Origin: Candidatus Margulisiibacteriota bacterium
GTDB lineage: Bacteria; Desulfobacterota; Binatia; HRBIN30
Direction of reading: 5' to 3'
DNA length: 64,000 nucleotides
NCBI GenBank assembly: GCA_035541735.1
Contig: DATKMS010000036.1
Location: 334 to 64,333 of the forward strand
The position numbers and the translations under genes are program-made. The notes beneath the pieces are model-generated. The model did not search any database. It was not told the DNA's origin and worked only from the letters and a program-made list of their open reading frames with translations. Position 1 is the stretch's first letter. Every line of letters starts with the position of its first letter. Below, in pieces: positions 59,352 through 64,000 of the stretch.

Positions 59352-60344
59352 ATGAAACGAGTGATCGCAGGTATGGTGATCTGCGCGGCCACGATCGCGG
59401 GCGCGCAGCCGAAGGGTAGCAGCGTGCGGCTCGGCGCACCGCTGAGCACGCTCACTGCCACAGTCTCGTCCGCCGCCGATCCGGACCGGCCGTCAGCGAA
59501 ACAGTCGTCGTCAGACACCGCCGTGCTCGACGTATCGCTGCCAAAGCTGTTCTTCGATGCGAGTGAGCCGGTAACACTGACGGCACACCTGCACACACGC
59601 GGCGGTGCGGACATCGACGGTGCCGACGTGGCGGTCGACGACCAGGTGCGCGCTGGACCGATGGAGCAGGACGAACCGAAGCCGCGGCGCAAGGGGTTGG
59701 CAAAGGGGAAGGGGCGGTACGCGGTGCCGCTCGACAACGCGCCAGGCGAGCATCATGCGATCGTGTTCGTCGACGCCGTGGTGAACGGCAACAGCGTGCA
59801 CCGGGGTGTGGCGACGAGCTATACAGTGGCGTCGGGTGAGTTGCGGTTCCTCGATATCGGCAGTCCGCAGCCGCTAGGCAGCCTGCTCGTCATCCCGCTC
59901 AAGGTGGTCGCGCCGCTGGGCGGTATATTCACCATTTCCGCTACGATCGCCAGCGGGCAGACGGCTGTCGCGCGGGCCGACACGATGGCAACGCTCAAAC
60001 CGGGTGCTGCAACCGTCGAACTCCCTTTCGCGCAGCAAGACATCGTGGAGCCGGGGCCGTACCGGCTCGTGAACGTCACGGCGAACGGCGGGGCGAACGG
60101 CGGGCTTGTGGCAGGGCCGTGCGATGTCGGGCAACCGTTCCAGGCAGCGCATGCGGCTCACGAACCGCCTCCGCTGCGCAACGAGTACGGCGAGATTGTG
60201 GGGGTCGGTCCCAAGTTCGATCCGAACGCAATCCCACCGCTGCCGACGCCGGCGCCTGTGGTAATTCCGGAGCCCGAGGGAGAACCGGTCTATCCCGACG
60301 GATCGCCACGCCCGCCCGGGCCGGTCATCTTGGAGCGTAGATGA
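59352..60344 (+). CDS. secreted hypothetical protein with Pro-rich tail
   Basis: AAGGAG precedes ATG 59352. Signal peptide MKRVIAGMVICAATIAGA. A beta-rich body is followed by a Pro-rich C-terminus. No family recognised. Confidence 0.6.
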   Translation: MKRVIAGMVICAATIAGAQPKGSSVRLGAPLSTLTATVSSAADPDRPSAKQSSSDTAVLDVSLPKLFFDASEPVTLTAHLHTRGGADIDGADVAVDDQVRAGPMEQDEPKPRRKGLAKGKGRYAVPLDNAPGEHHAIVFVDAVVNGNSVHRGVATSYTVASGELRFLDIGSPQPLGSLLVIPLKVVAPLGGIFTISATIASGQTAVARADTMATLKPGAATVELPFAQQDIVEPGPYRLVNVTANGGANGGLVAGPCDVGQPFQAAHAAHEPPPLRNEYGEIVGVGPKFDPNAIPPLPTPAPVVIPEPEGEPVYPDGSPRPPGPVILERR

Positions 60345-60598
60345 CCGTGCAACGCCACGGCGCCGTCCAATGCAGCAGAAAACGTACGACAGATACACCC
60401 ATCCCGGCAGCACGCCCACAACAGGCGAGAGCTGTGCAGGTGGGTAACCGCACGTAGCGCGCAATCGGAACAGGTGCGTCCGCCGCCTCTTGTTCCCATT
60501 GTGCGCTGCGCCCCCCTAATTCTTGCCAACGCGAGAGCCCGTCGAGCTTATCAACGCGGCTCATTCACGCGGCAGCGCTCGTGTGTTAAAGTTGCTGA

Positions 60599-61756
60599 AT
60601 GCTTTTGAGCCGGCCGCGCCGTAAACGACTGCCACGAGCGCTGCAACGCGCCAACGCCGCCCCACCGTTGGAGAACGTCTTGGCGAGCCTGGGCGACCCG
60701 GTGATCCTCACCGATGACGCGGATCACATCACGTTGTTCAACCAGGCCGCGGAGGAGCTGACGGGTGTACCCCGGGCGCACGTGCTGTACCGGTCCTTCG
60801 AAGAGGTGTTCAAGTCGAGTCCGCCGATCGTCGCCATCGTGCAACGAACGCGTACCTCCGGACAGAGCCAGTCGTGCGGCGAGGAGACGCTGATGATTGC
60901 GCAGCGCCGCATCCCCGTCCGCCTGAGCTGTTCGCCGCTCTGGGCCCCCAACGACGAGGTGCAGGGGACAGCGCTGGTGATGCAAGATCTCAGCTACCAG
61001 AAGAAGCTCGAAGACGAAGCGCGGCGCAGCGAGACCCTCGCCCGCCTCGGCGGCCTGGTGGCCGGGTTGGCACACGAGATCAAGAACCCGCTCGGCGGCA
61101 TCAAGGGCGCTGCGCAGTTGCTCGCGCAACGCTTTGCCGAACAGCCGGACGTGCACGAGTATACCGGCGTGATGATCCGCGAGATCGACCGCCTCGCCCG
61201 CCTCGTCGAGCAGCTGCTCACCCTGGGCGCTCCGCCCGCTCCGACGCAGCAAGCGCTCAACGTGCACAAAATCATTCACGAGGTGTTGGCGCTGATGCAG
61301 AGCGAGCTGAGCGCCAAAGGCATCGTCGTGCGTCTGCAGATCGATCCCAGCCTGCCCGACGTGCGCGGTGATGAGGCGCAGCTGACGCATGTGTTTCTCA
61401 ATTTGGTGAAGAATGCGATGGAGGCTATGCCCGAGCACGGAGCCCTGACGATTACCACCCGGATGGAAACCGATTTTCACATTCTTTGGCGGGCCGTGCG
61501 CGGTGGGACCGCCGGTGGAGCCGCGGGTTCGGGGAAGTTCTTGCGCGTCGAGGTGGCCGACACCGGACCGGGCTTCCCGGAGAGCGATTTGGAGCGCGTG
61601 TTCGAGCCGTTCTTCAGCACCAAGCCGCGTGGCACGGGCCTGGGATTGGCGATTTGCCAGCGCATCGTCGCCGCGCACGGCGGCGACATCCGCGCTGAGA
61701 ATCGCCGCGGCGGCGGAGCGGCGGTCACGGTGACGCTGCCATTGGTGGGGGCATGA
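60599..61756 (+). CDS. PAS-domain sensor histidine kinase (NtrB-like, cytoplasmic)
   Basis: PAS-like region (ITLFNQAAEELTGVPRAHVL), H-box LAHEIKNPLGGI, N-box LNLVKNAMEA, and G-boxes DTGPGF / GTGLGLAI. Confidence 0.85.
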   Translation: MLLSRPRRKRLPRALQRANAAPPLENVLASLGDPVILTDDADHITLFNQAAEELTGVPRAHVLYRSFEEVFKSSPPIVAIVQRTRTSGQSQSCGEETLMIAQRRIPVRLSCSPLWAPNDEVQGTALVMQDLSYQKKLEDEARRSETLARLGGLVAGLAHEIKNPLGGIKGAAQLLAQRFAEQPDVHEYTGVMIREIDRLARLVEQLLTLGAPPAPTQQALNVHKIIHEVLALMQSELSAKGIVVRLQIDPSLPDVRGDEAQLTHVFLNLVKNAMEAMPEHGALTITTRMETDFHILWRAVRGGTAGGAAGSGKFLRVEVADTGPGFPESDLERVFEPFFSTKPRGTGLGLAICQRIVAAHGGDIRAENRRGGGAAVTVTLPLVGA

Positions 61757-63204
61757 GTTACACAGGCAAGATCTTGGTGGCGGACGACGAGGAGTCTATC
61801 CGTTGGGTGCTGGCAACAGCCCTGAGCGGCGAGGGCCATACCGTGGAGCAGGTGGAAAGCGGCGGGGCGGCCCTGCAGCGCCTCGGCACTGAGCACTTCG
61901 ACCTCGCCTTCATTGACATCAAGATGCCCGATCTCGACGGGCTCTCGCTGCTGTCGCAGGCGCGCCAGGCCACTGTGAGCACGCCGATCGTCATCATCAC
62001 CGCGCAGAACACCATGGCCAACGCCATCGAGGCGATGAAGCGCGGCGCCTACGACTATCTGACCAAGCCGTTCGACATCGAGGAGGTGCGGCTGCTCGTG
62101 CAGCGTGTGCTCGAGATGCGCCGGCAAGCGGCTGACCTGACGCGCCTCGAAGAGCAGACGCGCCGCCGCTTCGAGTTGGGCGTCGAGCTGATCGGCAAAA
62201 CGCCCGCCATGCAGGAGATCTTCAAGACCATCGGGCGCGTGGCCCACACCGACGCCACCGTCCTGATTCAGGGCGAGAGCGGCACCGGCAAGGAGCTGAT
62301 CGCGCGGGCCATCCATTCGCATTCGCCGCGCTGGAGCGGGCCGTTTGTCGCGCGCAACTGCTCGGCGGTGCCGCGCGACCTGCTCGAGAGCGAACTGTTC
62401 GGACACGAGCGCGGCGCCTTCACCGGGGCCACCGAGCAGCGCGCCGGCGTCTTCGAGATCGCGCAGGGTGGTACGCTCTTCCTCGACGAGATCGGTGACA
62501 TGCCGCTCGAGCTGCAAGCCAAGCTGCTGCGCGTCGTGCAGGAGCGGGAGCTCACCCGCATCGGCGGGCGCGAGGTCATCAAGGTCGATTGCCGCATCAT
62601 CGCGGCGACAAACCAAGACCTGGAGCGCGCGGTGCAACAGGGGCGGTTCCGTGAAGACCTCTACTTCCGGCTCAAGGTCGTGCCCATCGTCGTGCCGCCG
62701 CTGCGGCAACGGCGCGGCGACATTCCGGAGCTGGTGGCCTACTTCATCGAGAAGGTCAATCGCGAGATGGGCACGAACATCAGTGGCGTGTCGCCCGAGG
62801 CGCAGGCAGTGCTGAATGCGCACGACTGGCCGGGGAACGTGCGCGAGCTGGAGAACACGCTGGTGCGGGCTGCGGTTCTGGCCCCTGGACCCACGCTGAT
62901 GCCGCGCGATCTGGCGCTGGCGACGCGTGAGACGACGGTGGCGGCGTACGACGACATGTCGCTCGAAGAAGTCGTGCGCCTCAAGCTGAAGGAGTACTTC
63001 CGACAAACGCGCGACGTCGAGCCGACCGACTTGTATTCGCTCATCATGGAGCGCGTCGAGCGGCCGCTCATCGAGCTCACGCTGGAGCGCACCCGCGGCA
63101 ACCAGCTGAAGGCGGCAGCCATCCTCGGGATCAACCGCAACACGCTGCACAAGAAGATCACCGAGCTGAAGATCACGCCGAAGCGGCGGCCGGAAGGCGT
63201 GTAA
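61753..63204 (+). CDS. sigma54-dependent response regulator (NtrC family)
   Basis: ATGA overlap with the kinase gene. Receiver domain (ILVADDEESIRWVL, FIDIKMPDLDG), AAA+ domain (GESGTGKE, GAFTGA) and C-terminal Fis-type HTH (AAAILGINRNTLHKKI). Confidence 0.9.
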   Translation: MSYTGKILVADDEESIRWVLATALSGEGHTVEQVESGGAALQRLGTEHFDLAFIDIKMPDLDGLSLLSQARQATVSTPIVIITAQNTMANAIEAMKRGAYDYLTKPFDIEEVRLLVQRVLEMRRQAADLTRLEEQTRRRFELGVELIGKTPAMQEIFKTIGRVAHTDATVLIQGESGTGKELIARAIHSHSPRWSGPFVARNCSAVPRDLLESELFGHERGAFTGATEQRAGVFEIAQGGTLFLDEIGDMPLELQAKLLRVVQERELTRIGGREVIKVDCRIIAATNQDLERAVQQGRFREDLYFRLKVVPIVVPPLRQRRGDIPELVAYFIEKVNREMGTNISGVSPEAQAVLNAHDWPGNVRELENTLVRAAVLAPGPTLMPRDLALATRETTVAAYDDMSLEEVVRLKLKEYFRQTRDVEPTDLYSLIMERVERPLIELTLERTRGNQLKAAAILGINRNTLHKKITELKITPKRRPEGV

Positions 63205-63209
63205 GGACA

Positions 63210-63309
63210 AATGGTGAATGGCGAACAGTGAACGGCGAGTGGTGCACGTCAGGACCAGCCCTCGACTGCCGCCATTCACCATTCACCATTCCCCATTCGC
63301 CATTCGGCA
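63210..63309. repeat. heptad-arm palindromic element (GAATGG/CCATTC units)
   Basis: aatggtg aatggcg aacagtg aacggcg agtggtg ... gccattc accattc accattc cccattc gccattc ggca, ending exactly at the thiE ATG. Confidence 0.85.
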
Positions 63310-63957
63310 ATGAGCTTCTCGTTCCCAGCGCGCGTCTACCCCATCGTCGACACGCTGAACGATCCGCGCCGCTCATACGTTGAGCTGGCTGGTGCCGTGC
63401 TTGCTGCAGGAGCGCCGTTCCTCCAGTTGCGGGCCAAGAGCGAGTCGACGGGCCGCTTCGTCGAGACGGCGCGGCAACTGAAGGCATTGGCGGACCGGCA
63501 TCGCGCCCGGCTGATCATCAACGACCGCGCCGACATCGCCAAGCTGGTCGACGCTGCCGGTGTGCACTTGGGTCAGGACGACGTGCCGGCTGCCGCGGCG
63601 CGCCGGCTGCTCGGGCCGGACAAGATCATCGGCTTGTCGACCCACAACGTCGCGCAGGCAGAAGCCGCGGCGCGCGAAGGCATCGCCGACTACATCGGCT
63701 TCGGGCCGATCTTTCCGACGCGGAGCAAGGCGCACCCCGATCCGGTGCAGGGGCTCGACGGCCTGCAGCGCGTGCGTGCCCGGGTGGCACTGCCGATTGT
63801 TGCCATCGGCGGCATCGCCAGCCGCACCGTCGGCGAGGTTCTTGCGGCCGGTGCCGACGCGGTGGCGATGATCTCCGAGATTGTGCGTGCGTCGGACGTC
63901 GAAGCGCAGGTCCGTGAGTTGTTGGCAATTCAGCCCGCGACACGGCCGCCCTTGTAG
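63310..63957 (+). CDS. thiE: thiamine-phosphate synthase
   Basis: [40 protein letters not shown] and VAIGGI motifs are colinear with ThiE. Confidence 0.9.
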   Translation: MSFSFPARVYPIVDTLNDPRRSYVELAGAVLAAGAPFLQLRAKSESTGRFVETARQLKALADRHRARLIINDRADIAKLVDAAGVHLGQDDVPAAAARRLLGPDKIIGLSTHNVAQAEAAAREGIADYIGFGPIFPTRSKAHPDPVQGLDGLQRVRARVALPIVAIGGIASRTVGEVLAAGADAVAMISEIVRASDVEAQVRELLAIQPATRPPL

Positions 63958-64000
63958 GTGCCTGTTCGCTGCGCGTGTCCCGACGGCTGCGGTCCCTGGC

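Noticed and set aside
60551-63282. Minus-strand ORFs 60551-61678 and 61477-63282
   Set aside because: They lie antisense to the histidine kinase and NtrC-type regulator genes, and the translations are not protein-like.
24793-63309. Possibility that the short tandem repeats are CRISPR arrays
   Set aside because: The repeat unit is 6-8 nt with no intervening unique spacers, the arrays are under 120 nt, and no cas genes are present in the window.
63205-63309. TPP riboswitch upstream of thiE
   Set aside because: The gap is fully explained by the GAATGG/CCATTC heptad palindrome, and I see none of the conserved THI-box sequence blocks. This needs cmsearch to be certain.
1-64000. tRNA, rRNA, tmRNA, transposase, integrase and phage genes
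   Set aside because: I scanned ORF translations and the larger non-coding gaps and found nothing recognisable. Small RNAs cannot be excluded without covariance-model searches.

Overview
High-GC bacterial chromosomal window (roughly two-thirds G+C by eye), gene-dense and mostly on the + strand. All family calls come from motif recognition by eye on the supplied ORF translations; no searches were run.

Gene content, left to right:
- ptsP (GAF-Enzyme I).
- A ~6.5 kb decayed or accessory stretch with 5'-truncated fragments of a P-type ATPase, a WS/DGAT acyltransferase and an AraC regulator, plus two head-to-head MerR paralogs with duplicated promoters.
- A 2949-aa NdvB/ChvB-type cyclic beta-1,2-glucan synthase.
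- prfC, a DEAD-box helicase, an RRM RNA-binding protein, an enoyl-CoA hydratase and a SurA/PrsA-like PPIase.
- aguB-aguA, a lipoprotein, and a GldA/F/G-like ABC-2 exporter with a DUF4340 protein.
- An ~11.4 kb locus (32152-43556) that I read as a non-cellulosomal cohesin-dockerin surface-assembly system (details below).
- A catabolic/redox block: DoxX, family III CoA-transferase, DUF2889, flavin reductase, PKD protein, 2Fe-2S ferredoxin, Gfo/Idh/MocA oxidoreductase, a Crp/Fnr regulator with a perfect TGTGA-N6-TCACA site, amidohydrolase, P450 and a second enoyl-CoA hydratase.
- PHP and calcineurin-like phosphoesterases, two secreted proteins, an NtrB/NtrC-type sigma54 two-component pair, and thiE.

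Main signal 1, the cohesin-dockerin locus. It encodes a lipoprotein scaffoldin with three near-identical cohesin-like modules and a membrane-anchored single cohesin-like protein. It also encodes two secreted proteins that share an almost identical N-terminal double EF-hand dockerin cassette, one of them with clearly cysteine-rich cargo, plus further cysteine-rich secreted proteins and a HEAT-repeat lipoprotein.

Main signal 2, the intergenic repeats. At least a dozen intergenic gaps are filled by palindromic elements whose arms are runs of degenerate ~7-nt tandem repeats. The motif differs from locus to locus, and there are a few multi-copy families. I cannot assign these to a repeat class I know.

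No rRNA, tRNA, CRISPR array, transposase or integrase was recognised.
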